36,523 bases of DNA from Methanobacteriota archaeon (GTDB taxonomy: Archaea; Thermoplasmatota; Thermoplasmata; UBA10834; DTMW01), in assembly GCA_011046235.1 (NCBI GenBank), contig DSAX01000105.1, forward strand, positions 1-36,523. The letters are read 5' to 3'. The notes beneath the pieces are model-generated. The model saw only the letters and a list, made by a program, of their open reading frames with translations. It searched no databases and was not told where the DNA came from. The position numbers were made by a program, and so were the translations under genes. The first letter of the stretch is position 1. Each line of letters starts with the position of its first letter. Positions 16,061-25,306 of the stretch are shown piece by piece.

Positions 16061-17059
16061 ATGGTCACTAAGGCCAGGCATTGCGATTTCGATCCAGATG
16101 ACGACATCCAATCGCTCTGGGAACTCCACGACGAGCTGTTGCTCTCGGACGATCCCGAAGGTATCCCCGGCGGAGGGAGCGATCTCCTGCAATTGAAGGC
16201 GAGGATCGCCACCAAGATATTCGACGAGTGCATACTCTGCGAGAGGAGGTGCAAGGTCAACAGGAACGCAGGGGAGATAGGCAAATGCGGGGTGGGAGAA
16301 TCGAGGATTTCCAGCGAGTTCATTCACATGGGAGAGGAGCCGGAGATCATACCATCCTATACGGTCTTCTTCTCCGGGTGCACGTTCAGGTGTGTCTACT
16401 GCCAGAATTACGATATCAGCACCAATCCTGGGGGAGGGAAAAAGTTGAACCCTGAAGAGATGGCCAGGATGATCGAGGAGAGGGATTCCAAGCTCGGTCA
16501 TCGCGCGAAGAGGATCGCCGATGCCGAGATATCGCTCCCGTTTGCAAGACCTTTCTGGGCCAAGAACGTGAATTGGGTCGGGGGCGACCCGACCTCCAAT
16601 CTCCCATTCATCCTCAGCACTTTGACATTCTGCCGAAGCGGGCTTCCCCAGGTCTGGAATTCAAACATGTATCTGACGAGGGAGTCAATGAGATTGCTTG
16701 ACGGTGTTATTGATATCTACCTCACCGATTTCAAATATGGCAACGACGGCTGCGCTAGGCGTCTTTCGGGTGTGGAAAATTATTTCGATACCGTTTCGAG
16801 GAATCATCTCTTGGCCTCGGAGCAGTGTGATGTTCTCGTTAGACATCTTGTCCTTCCGAACCACATCGAGTGCTGCACCTTTCCAATCTTGGAATGGGTT
16901 GCGGAGAATCTGCCGGATGCAGTCATCAATGTCATGGACCAGTACCGACCGGAACACAGAGCATCTGAATTCGATGAGATAATGCGAAGACCCACACAAG
17001 CCGAAATCGCAAGTGCTCTGAAGCGTGCAGAGGAATTGAATCTTAGCTTGACCGGGTAG
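16061..17059 (+). CDS. radical SAM protein, PflX-like (pyruvate formate-lyase activase homolog)
   Basis: Radical SAM cluster motif FSGCTFRCVYCQNYDIS, preceded by the Cys-rich CILCERRCKVNRNAGEIGKCG. I trimmed the ORF to the ATG at 16061 because the track start at 15848 overlaps the divergent gene. Confidence 0.8.
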   Translation: MVTKARHCDFDPDDDIQSLWELHDELLLSDDPEGIPGGGSDLLQLKARIATKIFDECILCERRCKVNRNAGEIGKCGVGESRISSEFIHMGEEPEIIPSYTVFFSGCTFRCVYCQNYDISTNPGGGKKLNPEEMARMIEERDSKLGHRAKRIADAEISLPFARPFWAKNVNWVGGDPTSNLPFILSTLTFCRSGLPQVWNSNMYLTRESMRLLDGVIDIYLTDFKYGNDGCARRLSGVENYFDTVSRNHLLASEQCDVLVRHLVLPNHIECCTFPILEWVAENLPDAVINVMDQYRPEHRASEFDEIMRRPTQAEIASALKRAEELNLSLTG

Positions 17060-17130
17060 AGTAAATGGTTGCCGTAAATGTGATATAGGAACGAAGGTTA
17101 ACAATTATTATTCAAATGGGTGGTCGTTAT

Positions 17131-20016
17131 ATGAAGATAGGCAGAAAGGGCAGTATCTTACTTATCGCAATTATGTTGTTATTTGGAACGCTTATTCCAA
17201 TCATATTTCAATCCCCGTCTGTGATAGCCCAGGAAGAGCTGAGCGAGCTTTATATCGGCTCTATTCAGACAATTGACAGTGCAAGTCCTTACCTCGGGAT
17301 CCAAGATATTTCCTATGTCTTCTACGGATTGGTATACGGCTATCTGATCGCTCCCGATGAGAATATGAATCCCAGTCCTGACCTCGCCAACAGCTGGTGG
17401 TACATGGACGGTCCGACCGCTATCTCCTTAGGACAGGATTTTTCGACATTTTTGCATCATAACCCGGCGGATTGGCCTCTCGGGTCCATCTGGGAGTACA
17501 ATATCACGGAGGATGTGTTCTGGAACGATGGTACTCCCTTTACAGCCGAGGATATCGAGTGGACCATCAATATCCAGATTGGCGCCAATTTCATGACGTA
17601 CTGGGCATACCAGCCATATACCAGATGGATATACAAGGCTGTCGCTGTCGATGATCTGAAGCTGAGGATATTCTTCAGCGACCTAGAGACGAAGGAGCCA
17701 TTTCCAGCTGCATTCGGGGATAACCTGTTCATACCCATCATGCCGAAGCACAGATTTTCCAGCTATCCGGCTACCTATCTAGGGTACACATGGGACGGCA
17801 CCCCAGCAATCGGAACAGGACCGTTTATGGGAACTGCGGCTTTAAGGGATGAGGTCATATCAGGCGAAAGAATAACTTTGCTGAGGAACCCGTACTACAA
17901 CTTCAAAGAAGAGTATACAAGTCAATGGGTTGGGTTGGGAGCTGCTTTTAATCGGTCAACAGAAATCGAGAAGTTGGTGATCAAGTTCTTCACAGAGGAG
18001 AGCACACTATCGATAGCTGTAAGAACCGGAGATATCGATGTCGCGGAGATCGGTGCCATGACATATCTGTGCTGGCTTCAAGATGCCACAAAGCCGGATA
18101 CTCTGAACCTCGTAAGCATGCTTGGCCCGACCGCGTACTCCAAGGAGATTGCGATAAACGCCTACGAGGAAGCTCCAGGAACGCTCAACTCACTGAGGCT
18201 GGACCCGGCGGTAACGAGGGCGGCCTCGCTGGCGACCAACAAGACCTACATCAAGGACCAGTTCTACAAGGGGTTGGCGATGGAGGGGTACCACATCGTC
18301 GCGACCCCCGTATGGGAGAAGTGGTGGTGGGAGCCCGACACAACGCCGAGCACATTCTACATCAACAACTCGGTCGGCGAAACCCTGCTCAGCTATACTA
18401 AACCGCTGAATGAGGTCATGGGATATGATATGGGCCTCGCCAACATGATTTTGGACGAGGCGGGATACGAGTGGACCGGAACGCCCTACGAGAGCGTCAG
18501 AAAGGCGGGACCGTTGGTCGGGGCGAGGATGCAGCACCTGTTCGGCATTCCTCAGGACGAGATCATCGATAAGACTCTGTCCTTCGAGTGCGTCACGGAC
18601 AACAGCGATCTGAAGGACAAGCAGATAACGGAGTACATGGCCTCTGAGTGGATCAAGGCGGGGATAGCCATCACCCCCCAGTACGTCGATGCGGCGCAGT
18701 GGAGCGCCATGGTGTACTCATACACTTACGAGGTTCATACGACCTACTGGAGCGGCGATATCGATCCGAATTATCTATGCTTCATCCCGACATCCTATTC
18801 AATGTTTGGCTGGAACGAGTTCGGCGTATCCACACCTGATTACGATTACCTCTACTTACAACAGGCGAGGACATTCAACTATACTGAAAGATACAACTGG
18901 GTTTCTGAGTGTTGCAAGTGGCAATACCTCTCAGGCAGCATCATAACAACAGTATATCCGCAAACCTGCTATGCGTTCAACGAGAACAGATGGACTAATT
19001 GGGGGGATTGGACTCAGAATCCGAGGTTGGCGTTTAACGCCTATTGGCCCGAAAATCCCCTGTGGTTCTCGCTCACCCAATTGAACGCCCCGAGCGCGTC
19101 CTTCACGGCCGAGCCGTCAATCGGTCAATCGTCCACCATATTCAATTTCGACGCATCTTCTTCCAGCGACATCGACTATCCGCTTTCTTCGCTTCAGGTC
19201 AGATGGGACTGGGAGAACGATGGCATCTGGGATACCGATTGGTTGACCGAGAAGACGAGACAACATGTGTTCTATTCTGCTGGGGATTATATCGTCAAAA
19301 TGGAAATCAAGAATCCGTATGGACTCAAGAGCAGTACCACTAGAAGTGTTATCGTCGATGACACTGCGCCGATAGCCAATGCCGGTTACGACAGCACGGT
19401 ATTCTTAGGTTCAACCGCAATATTGAATGGAAGCGCATCTAGCGACAATATCGGAATTGTCAATTACACCTGGTCGTATTTCGATGAAACCGCTCACAGT
19501 CTATATGGGAGAATCGTAGGTTGCAGCTTCTCGAACGCGGGCACGTTCTCGGTAACACTGAATGTCACCGACGAAGCGGGTAACAGTGCTAATGATACGG
19601 TGACGATCACAGTCGTTGACATCGTCAATCCAGTCGCTGAAGCCGGACCTCTCCAGACGGTCAACGCAGGAGAATGGGTGACGCTCAACGGGAGCGGTTC
19701 TACCGACGATGTGGGCATCGTGAACTATACCTGGAGCTTCGTGTACGGTGGAAACAGTGTACTGCTTTTTGGTATGACGGCCTCGTATAAATTCGATAAC
19801 CCAGGAACCTACGATATTATCCTTTTCGCAAAAGATGGAGCCGGGAATACCGGCTCGGATAGCGTCAGGATCATCGTTGAGGGCGATGGTGGAGCAGGCA
19901 GTGAATTCATAGAAGATAACCTGTGGTGGATATCGATTGTCATAGTAGTCGCTGTGGTCGGTGCATTCCTGATTATCCCGCAGTTCAGAAAAGGCCGTTC
20001 AGGAAAGAGTGATTGA
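17131..20016 (+). CDS. cell-surface protein: signal peptide, family-5 solute-binding (SBP_bac_5) domain, three PKD/Ig-like modules, C-terminal TM anchor
   Basis: Signal peptide MKIGRKGSILLIAIMLLFGTLIPIIF. SBP5 hallmarks include ...SPDLANSWW... and FWNDGTPFTAEDIEWT. A PKD motif RWDWENDGIW is followed by two repeated modules (LNGSASSDNIGIVNYTWSY and LNGSGSTDDVGIVNYTWSF). The protein ends in the TM segment WWISIVIVVAVVGAFLIIP plus a basic tail. The ATG at 17131 is preceded by GGTGG; an alternative ATG is at 17116. Confidence 0.8.
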   Translation: MKIGRKGSILLIAIMLLFGTLIPIIFQSPSVIAQEELSELYIGSIQTIDSASPYLGIQDISYVFYGLVYGYLIAPDENMNPSPDLANSWWYMDGPTAISLGQDFSTFLHHNPADWPLGSIWEYNITEDVFWNDGTPFTAEDIEWTINIQIGANFMTYWAYQPYTRWIYKAVAVDDLKLRIFFSDLETKEPFPAAFGDNLFIPIMPKHRFSSYPATYLGYTWDGTPAIGTGPFMGTAALRDEVISGERITLLRNPYYNFKEEYTSQWVGLGAAFNRSTEIEKLVIKFFTEESTLSIAVRTGDIDVAEIGAMTYLCWLQDATKPDTLNLVSMLGPTAYSKEIAINAYEEAPGTLNSLRLDPAVTRAASLATNKTYIKDQFYKGLAMEGYHIVATPVWEKWWWEPDTTPSTFYINNSVGETLLSYTKPLNEVMGYDMGLANMILDEAGYEWTGTPYESVRKAGPLVGARMQHLFGIPQDEIIDKTLSFECVTDNSDLKDKQITEYMASEWIKAGIAITPQYVDAAQWSAMVYSYTYEVHTTYWSGDIDPNYLCFIPTSYSMFGWNEFGVSTPDYDYLYLQQARTFNYTERYNWVSECCKWQYLSGSIITTVYPQTCYAFNENRWTNWGDWTQNPRLAFNAYWPENPLWFSLTQLNAPSASFTAEPSIGQSSTIFNFDASSSSDIDYPLSSLQVRWDWENDGIWDTDWLTEKTRQHVFYSAGDYIVKMEIKNPYGLKSSTTRSVIVDDTAPIANAGYDSTVFLGSTAILNGSASSDNIGIVNYTWSYFDETAHSLYGRIVGCSFSNAGTFSVTLNVTDEAGNSANDTVTITVVDIVNPVAEAGPLQTVNAGEWVTLNGSGSTDDVGIVNYTWSFVYGGNSVLLFGMTASYKFDNPGTYDIILFAKDGAGNTGSDSVRIIVEGDGGAGSEFIEDNLWWISIVIVVAVVGAFLIIPQFRKGRSGKSD
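19093..19885 (+). repeat. three tandem PKD/Ig-like modules (protein-level repeats) inside the surface protein gene
   Basis: Each module is about 85-90 aa. Module 1 has WDWENDG. Modules 2 and 3 share A.AG....V..G....LNGS.S.D..GIVNYTWS. Confidence 0.6.
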
Positions 20017-20020
20017 AACG

Positions 20021-20063
20021 GTTATCTGAGCGTTAATTTCGACATACGAGAGAATCAGATAAC
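20021..20063. terminator. 9-bp inverted repeat (GTTATCTGA-N25-TCAGATAAC) spanning the convergent gap between the surface protein gene and the M24 peptidase gene
   Basis: Arms at 20021-20029 and 20055-20063. The right arm includes the stop codon (20055-20057) and the last codons of the minus-strand gene. Confidence 0.3.
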
Positions 20064-21176
20064 GATCATTTGCCTGCTCGCGTTTGTTATTACCCTGCAG
20101 CCCCTTGCAGTTACGACCACATCATCCTCGATTCTGACGCCTCCGAGCCTCGGAACGTAAATCCCAGGCTCGACCGTGAATGCCATGTTCTCCTTTAGAA
20201 CGTCGGTCGATCTCTCCGATATGGATATTGAGTCGTGAACGGCTATCCCGATGCCGTGTCCCGTAGAATGTATGAAGTTGCGCCCAAAGCCTCCTTTCTC
20301 AATAACCGTCCTCGCGGCAGTGTCGATCTCGCTTGCCCTGATCCCCGGACTGATTTTCTTTATCGCAGCTTCCTGGGACGACAGAACGATCTTGTATATC
20401 TTCGTCATTCTGGTGTTAAGCGGCTTTGTAAAATAGGTTCTGGATATATCCGATCGGTAGTTCCAGTAAAGGGCACCGAAATCAAAAAGGGCAACCGAAC
20501 CTTTTGTCAGCCTTCTTTCCCCCGCCATATAATGCGGCAGTGCGGAGCTGCTTCCGAATGCGACCACGGTCTCGAAGGCTGGGCCGTCCGCGCCGTTGCA
20601 TCTGAGAAGGTAGTCGACCTCCGCAGCGGCCTCTTTCTCCGTCATTCCGACTCTGAGTATCTCGGGTATCTCCTCCGCCGTCTTCGAGGCGATCGAGGCC
20701 GCCTTCTTCAGCCTGCCGATCTCCCTCTTGATCTTGACAGCCCTGCATTTGGAAATATCCTCGGAAACATCCTTGAACTTCTTACCTCTGAGGATCTTCC
20801 TGAGTCTCTTCATGGTCGCGACCGAGACCGCGGCCTCATTGATGCCTATGACATCCTTTCCCCTCAGTCTGCTCCTGATCAGAGAATCCCTCTGTTGAGC
20901 GGTGCTGTATACATCCACATTGCATCCGCTTTTTTTGGCGATTCCCTCCTCCAGCTTCGAGGTTATTATCCTTGCCTGCGTTTTCGTCACCAGGGCGAAT
21001 GATCCTTCGAAGACTCCGCCTCTCACATCCGTGAAGTACTGGAAGTTCTCATCCAAAAAAGGCGATCGGGAATTGACGATCAGAACGGCATCTACTTTTC
21101 CCTTCAGATCCTGAAAGAGTTTTCCGACGATCTCGCCATTCTGATTTTTCATGTGGGGCAATATCACGGTATCCAT
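20055..21176 (-). CDS. M24-family metallopeptidase (Xaa-Pro aminopeptidase/dipeptidase type)
   Basis: Motifs FDFGALYWNYRSDISRT, HSTGHGIGIAVHD and FTVEPGIYVPRLGGVRIEDDVVVT (metal ligands of the pita-bread fold). ATG at 21176. Confidence 0.85.
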   Translation of the reverse strand: MDTVILPHMKNQNGEIVGKLFQDLKGKVDAVLIVNSRSPFLDENFQYFTDVRGGVFEGSFALVTKTQARIITSKLEEGIAKKSGCNVDVYSTAQQRDSLIRSRLRGKDVIGINEAAVSVATMKRLRKILRGKKFKDVSEDISKCRAVKIKREIGRLKKAASIASKTAEEIPEILRVGMTEKEAAAEVDYLLRCNGADGPAFETVVAFGSSSALPHYMAGERRLTKGSVALFDFGALYWNYRSDISRTYFTKPLNTRMTKIYKIVLSSQEAAIKKISPGIRASEIDTAARTVIEKGGFGRNFIHSTGHGIGIAVHDSISISERSTDVLKENMAFTVEPGIYVPRLGGVRIEDDVVVTARGCRVITNASRQMIVI

Positions 21177-21201
21177 AGTTGAAGCTTTTTAGACATGCGG
21201 C

Positions 21202-22008
21202 TCAAACGCTTATCCAGATTTTTCTAGCATACGATTTCAGCGCCGAGACCGCAGACAGCGATGCGAGATAGCTGGTCCTGGGATTGTCGGGCGACGGCCG
21301 GTTCCTCGTAACGCTTTCCATCTCTCCAAAGGACCCCTTGACATAGAGCTGATGCGAGTTGACATCGGTCGCGGGGTCGCACACCACTTGCACCTGCGTT
21401 CGATCAAAGCCTATGCCTGCCAGGCTGACGGTTGCGGCTACGTTGACATTGGCTGGGAACAGCTGGACCGCTCTGGTCGCCGGTCCCGAGTAAAGGACCG
21501 TTTTCTCTTTCATACGGTCGACATCGATTTTTTCGTCTGTCAGGTACTTTGCACCCCTGAGCCCCTTTGGCGGCTTCGTAGTAGTCAGCCTGACAACATC
21601 GATCGAGGCGCATCCCGCTGCCTTGAGTGCATCGATGCCCGCTATAGATCCGGACGGTATGAGGAGATTGATGTCGCGGTCTTTCAGGGCCGAGTAACAT
21701 CGGTTCTGAAAACTCAGGTCGACGAATGCCCCCACACTGAGGATCATGGCGTCCATCCCGCTCTCTAATGCCACCGGAATGTTCTCCTTGGCCGCCCCCT
21801 GACTGGCGGCTTCTATTAGTATGTCGGCTCCGCTCGAGGCGATATCGCCTTCTTCCAGCGACTTCCCTCTTGATATCTTGCTCATAAGTGTGTCTATCTT
21901 GGACCGGTCTATGTCGTGGAGCAGTATCTCCTCGATATCCTCCATCTCATCGGCCGCTCTCGCGATCACGGTTCCGATCGACCCGCAGCCAAGTATAAGG
22001 ATTTTCAT
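21202..22008 (-). CDS. nadX: L-aspartate dehydrogenase
   Basis: MKILILGCGSIG, IPSGSIAGIDALKAA, TKPPKGL, LFPANVNVAATVSLAG, DPATDVNSH, NRPSPDNPRTSYLASLSAVSAL. These closely follow the Thermotoga NadX pattern as I remember it. The ATG at 22008 has GGTG 7 nt upstream. The track ORF extends to a TTG at 22083. Confidence 0.85.
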   Translation of the reverse strand: MKILILGCGSIGTVIARAADEMEDIEEILLHDIDRSKIDTLMSKISRGKSLEEGDIASSGADILIEAASQGAAKENIPVALESGMDAMILSVGAFVDLSFQNRCYSALKDRDINLLIPSGSIAGIDALKAAGCASIDVVRLTTTKPPKGLRGAKYLTDEKIDVDRMKEKTVLYSGPATRAVQLFPANVNVAATVSLAGIGFDRTQVQVVCDPATDVNSHQLYVKGSFGEMESVTRNRPSPDNPRTSYLASLSAVSALKSYARKIWISV

Positions 22009-22125
22009 CGATTCGCACCGTATTCGGATATTCCGGTCACTATTTTCTATTTTCGGACCGCGTGTCCCCTCCAATCCGGTCAATGCATTGAAATATCAGC
22101 TATAGGCTGAACGGGTCTGATCGGC

Positions 22126-22800
22126 ATGACCGATACGAGGGGCAGATCGGAACTCATCAGAAGTCGGCTGGAGAAATCATATGGCCGACCCGGGATCGAG
22201 GACCATATGGACCCGCTTTCGACATTGGTGCACACTATCCTATCACAGAATACCACCGACATCACTTCCGATCGTGCCTGGAAGGCGCTCAGGCGGAAAT
22301 ATCGGACAATGGAATCGCTTGCGAGGGCCGATCGAGATGAGCTCGCCGAGACGATCAGGATGGGCGGACTCGCGGACATTAAAGCTGGTCGAATTATTCA
22401 GGCGCTAAATGACATTAGAGAGCTAACCGGTCGTCTTTCGCTCGATTTTCTCCGGGATATGGATGAGCAGGAGGTCGATCGATGGCTCTCGCAGCTCAAG
22501 GGCGTGGGACCGAAGACGAGGGCGATCGTATTGCTGTTCTCATTGGACAAGACCGCCTTTCCGGTAGATACCCACATCTTCAGGGTAACGAAGCGATTGG
22601 GGCTGGTCAGCCCGTCAGCGGACCGGGAGGAAGCCCAAGAGAAAATGGCGGAGCTCTCTAAACCCGTGGATTACTTCAGCTACCATGTGAATATCATAGA
22701 ACATGGGAGGAAGGTCTGCTCCGCCCGCCGCCCAAAATGCTATCAATGCCTCCTGTATGATGTTTGCAATTGGTCCGAGAAGAAAGAGCACCGGGAATGA
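22126..22800 (+). CDS. nth: endonuclease III (Nth; HhH-GPD glycosylase/lyase with 4Fe-4S cluster)
   Basis: Motifs ILSQNTTD, LKGVGPKTRAIVLLF, PVDTHIFRV and the cluster CSARRPKCYQCLLYDVC. Confidence 0.85.
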   Translation: MTDTRGRSELIRSRLEKSYGRPGIEDHMDPLSTLVHTILSQNTTDITSDRAWKALRRKYRTMESLARADRDELAETIRMGGLADIKAGRIIQALNDIRELTGRLSLDFLRDMDEQEVDRWLSQLKGVGPKTRAIVLLFSLDKTAFPVDTHIFRVTKRLGLVSPSADREEAQEKMAELSKPVDYFSYHVNIIEHGRKVCSARRPKCYQCLLYDVCNWSEKKEHRE

Positions 22801-22807
22801 GATTCAG

Positions 22808-23218
22808 ATGAGCGAGAGATACGAGACCTTGGAGCATACGGCCGACATCATGATCCGCGCCTTCGGCAGCACGCTCGAGGAGTGCATGGAAAACGCGGCC
22901 TACGGTATGTTCGACCAGATGGCCGACCTCTCATCGGTCGAACCGGTCAGGGAGTATTCGCTGGAAGTCGAGGGCGACGATCCTGCGCAGCTCATGGTCG
23001 ACCTGCTCAGCGAGCTGCTTTACCTGCACGATACCGAGTTCGTTCTCCTATCCGAGTTCAAGGTCAAATACGACCGCGAGGTGCTCAACCTAACTGCTCG
23101 GGGAGAGCCCGTCGATAAGAATCGGCACGAAATGCGGGCCGCGATTAAGGCGGTCTCGTACCATGCATTGGAAGTATCCCCCGACAAGGGATATGCGACG
23201 GTGCTATTCGACGCATAG
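22808..23218 (+). CDS. archease (RtcB tRNA-ligase cofactor family)
   Basis: N-terminal YETLEHTADIMIRAFG and C-terminal IKAVSYHALEV. I trimmed the ORF to the ATG at 22808. Confidence 0.85.
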   Translation: MSERYETLEHTADIMIRAFGSTLEECMENAAYGMFDQMADLSSVEPVREYSLEVEGDDPAQLMVDLLSELLYLHDTEFVLLSEFKVKYDREVLNLTARGEPVDKNRHEMRAAIKAVSYHALEVSPDKGYATVLFDA

Positions 23219-23220
23219 CA

Positions 23221-24027
23221 TCAACCTTTGGCGTCCTTTTTCTGTGAGCGCTGGACCTCGATTGCCTCCTCCATCGGTATCTCCCCCTTTGCCACCGATT
23301 CCGCAAGCGCTCTTGAGATCGTGAGCTCCCCGTTGCTCCTGAGCCTGCTAATCCTCTGAATGTCGGATATCTCCCCGTTCGACGGCATCACCAGCTGTTT
23401 CCTCTTCGGCCTGTACCCCGGAGTGAGCGCTATCTCGATCGCAGCGTCGATGTCCCGGTGGTCGCTTGTGGTGCTCGTGTTCCTCTCGTCGACTATCTCG
23501 ATCGGGATATCGAGATCCCACAAGGAGTTGAATATGCGGTTTCTCCTAGTTTTGTCACCGTGCCCTATTCTCACGAGCTGCTCTTCGCTTTTGAAAACCC
23601 TGAGCAACTCGATAACGAGCTCGGCGACCGCCTCGGGAGATCTCACCTGAGCAGTTTCCACCAGTACCTGGTCCGCCATGACGGCGATCCCGGGCTTCCT
23701 ACCAGGATCGATGCCGATGACGAGCGATCGGATGCTCCCTCTCGAGGCCATTGTGGCCTTCGCCTCCATAATACACGAACCTATGTTCTCGGATGTGCAG
23801 ATGATCTGACGGTGACAAGTTATGGTTCCCTGGTCCTCGTCGGTCGTGAGCACCGTGCAGATGCCCTTAGGTATTTTCTTCCCGGGCTGGATTATCTCGA
23901 ACGGGATCTTCTCTTTTTTCAGAGCCTCCATGAGCTCAAACTGTAGTTTCGCGTCGGATATGTGCAGCCCTACCCTCTTCATCAGATCGAAAATATGAGG
24001 GGTCTGGAGCAACATATTCTTTTTCAT
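23221..24027 (-). CDS. hypothetical protein with an RNase H-fold YqgF/RuvX-like nuclease domain
   Basis: VIGIDPGRKPGIAVM (first-strand Asp) and IEIVDERNTST (the YqgF-like DERxTS motif), flanked by an N-terminal domain of about 100 aa and a C-terminal tail of about 60 aa. The start is ATG at 24027, TTG at 24063 or a later ATG. Confidence 0.5.
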   Translation of the reverse strand: MKKNMLLQTPHIFDLMKRVGLHISDAKLQFELMEALKKEKIPFEIIQPGKKIPKGICTVLTTDEDQGTITCHRQIICTSENIGSCIMEAKATMASRGSIRSLVIGIDPGRKPGIAVMADQVLVETAQVRSPEAVAELVIELLRVFKSEEQLVRIGHGDKTRRNRIFNSLWDLDIPIEIVDERNTSTTSDHRDIDAAIEIALTPGYRPKRKQLVMPSNGEISDIQRISRLRSNGELTISRALAESVAKGEIPMEEAIEVQRSQKKDAKG

Positions 24028-24036
24028 CGCGTATAG

Positions 24037-24043
24037 AAAAAAA
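24037..24043 (-). terminator. T7 run on the minus strand immediately downstream of dnaJ
   Basis: The plus strand has A7 at 24037-24043, 30 nt after the dnaJ stop (24073-24075). This is a candidate archaeal oligo-T terminator. It would lie inside the next CDS if that gene starts at TTG 24063. Confidence 0.35.
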
Positions 24044-24072
24044 CCGTTTGAGCCATGGGCCAAGGGGTGATT

Positions 24073-25230
24073 CTATCGGACCAGGTCCGGTGCCCGAGCA
24101 GCCCGAGAGTAGTTCCCGAGCGATTCGTCAAGCTGCTTCAGCAGGGCTTTCTGCTCCTTGTTGAGCTTCTTCGGAATTTCGACTACGACTCGGGCGAGTA
24201 TGTCCCCCTTGCCGTATCCTCTCGGGTCCTCCATGCCGCGCCCCCTGAGCCGGAATATCGTTCCCGATTGCGTGCCCTGGGGTATCTTCAACATCGCCTT
24301 TCCCTCCATGGTGTTGACCTTCACCTCGGAACCGAGCGCGGCCTGCGAGATCGTAATAGGCACCTCAGTAAGCAGGTCGTTTCCGTCCCTGACGAAATAT
24401 TTGTGAGGTGCCACATGCAGCACGACATAGAGATCCCCAGATGGGCCGCCGTCCCTGCTCGCCTCTCCTGCGCCCTTCATCCGGAGACGCATGCCCGAAT
24501 CCGCGCCCTTCGGTATCCCGACCGATAGCTTGCTGGTCTTCGGAACCGTGCCTGAGCCGTTGCAGCTCTTGCATGGATTGGTGTACTTCTTCCCGGATCC
24601 CTTGCACTTCGGGCAGACCGTGATAGTGACATACTGCGCGAACCCCTTGCTTTGGCTCTGCCTAACCTGACCCGATCCGCCGCATATGTCACAGCTCTGC
24701 AAAGTGCCGTCCGCGGAGCCGGTGCCCTTGCACGCGTCGCAGGATACGCTATGCGGCACCGTGATCTCCTTCTCGGCGCCCTTGAAAGCCTCCTCCAGCG
24801 TGATCTCGAGGTCGTACCTGAGCGAGGTGCCCTGACTCGGCCCCCTCCTCCGGGTGCCGGTTCGGCGTCCGAAGAACTGGTCGAAGATGCTTCCGCCGAT
24901 GCCTATGTCTCCGAAATCCACCGTCCCGCCGAATATGTCTGCTATATCAGAGAAGTGCGAGAAGTCCGACCAGTCGAACCCGCCCCTGCCGAAGTGAGTC
25001 TGCACCCCCGAGTGACCGTAGGCGTCGTATGATCGCTTCTTCTCCTCGTCGGCGAGCACCTCGTACGCCTCCGAGATATCCTTGAACTTCTCCTCGGCGA
25101 CCTTGCGGTCCAGTTTGGAGACATCTGGATGATACTCTCTGGCAAGCTTTCTGTAGGCCTTCTTTATCTCATCGGCCGAGGCATTCTTGCCGATGCCCAA
25201 TACCTCGTAGTAGTCCCTCTTATTGGCCAT
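24073..25230 (-). CDS. dnaJ: molecular chaperone DnaJ (Hsp40, type I)
   Basis: J domain [31 protein letters not shown], a G/F-rich linker, and four CxxCxGxG zinc-finger repeats ([32 protein letters not shown]). Confidence 0.95.
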   Translation of the reverse strand: MANKRDYYEVLGIGKNASADEIKKAYRKLAREYHPDVSKLDRKVAEEKFKDISEAYEVLADEEKKRSYDAYGHSGVQTHFGRGGFDWSDFSHFSDIADIFGGTVDFGDIGIGGSIFDQFFGRRTGTRRRGPSQGTSLRYDLEITLEEAFKGAEKEITVPHSVSCDACKGTGSADGTLQSCDICGGSGQVRQSQSKGFAQYVTITVCPKCKGSGKKYTNPCKSCNGSGTVPKTSKLSVGIPKGADSGMRLRMKGAGEASRDGGPSGDLYVVLHVAPHKYFVRDGNDLLTEVPITISQAALGSEVKVNTMEGKAMLKIPQGTQSGTIFRLRGRGMEDPRGYGKGDILARVVVEIPKKLNKEQKALLKQLDESLGNYSRAARAPDLVR

Positions 25231-25271
25231 GTTGACGGCCTCTGGATTCGGTTATTGCTAATTAAAAGTGA

Positions 25272-25292
25272 GGCCCGGAAGGATACCGGGCC
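25272..25292 (-). terminator. perfect 7-bp GC-rich hairpin (GGCCCGG-N7-CCGGGCC) followed by TTTT on the minus strand, between dnaK and dnaJ
   Basis: It lies 15 nt after the dnaK stop. The minus strand reads GGCCCGGTATCCTTCCGGGCCTCACTTTTAATTAG. This resembles a bacterial-style intrinsic terminator or attenuator. Confidence 0.45.
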
Positions 25293-25306
25293 GTTGCTTC
25301 GTTTGC

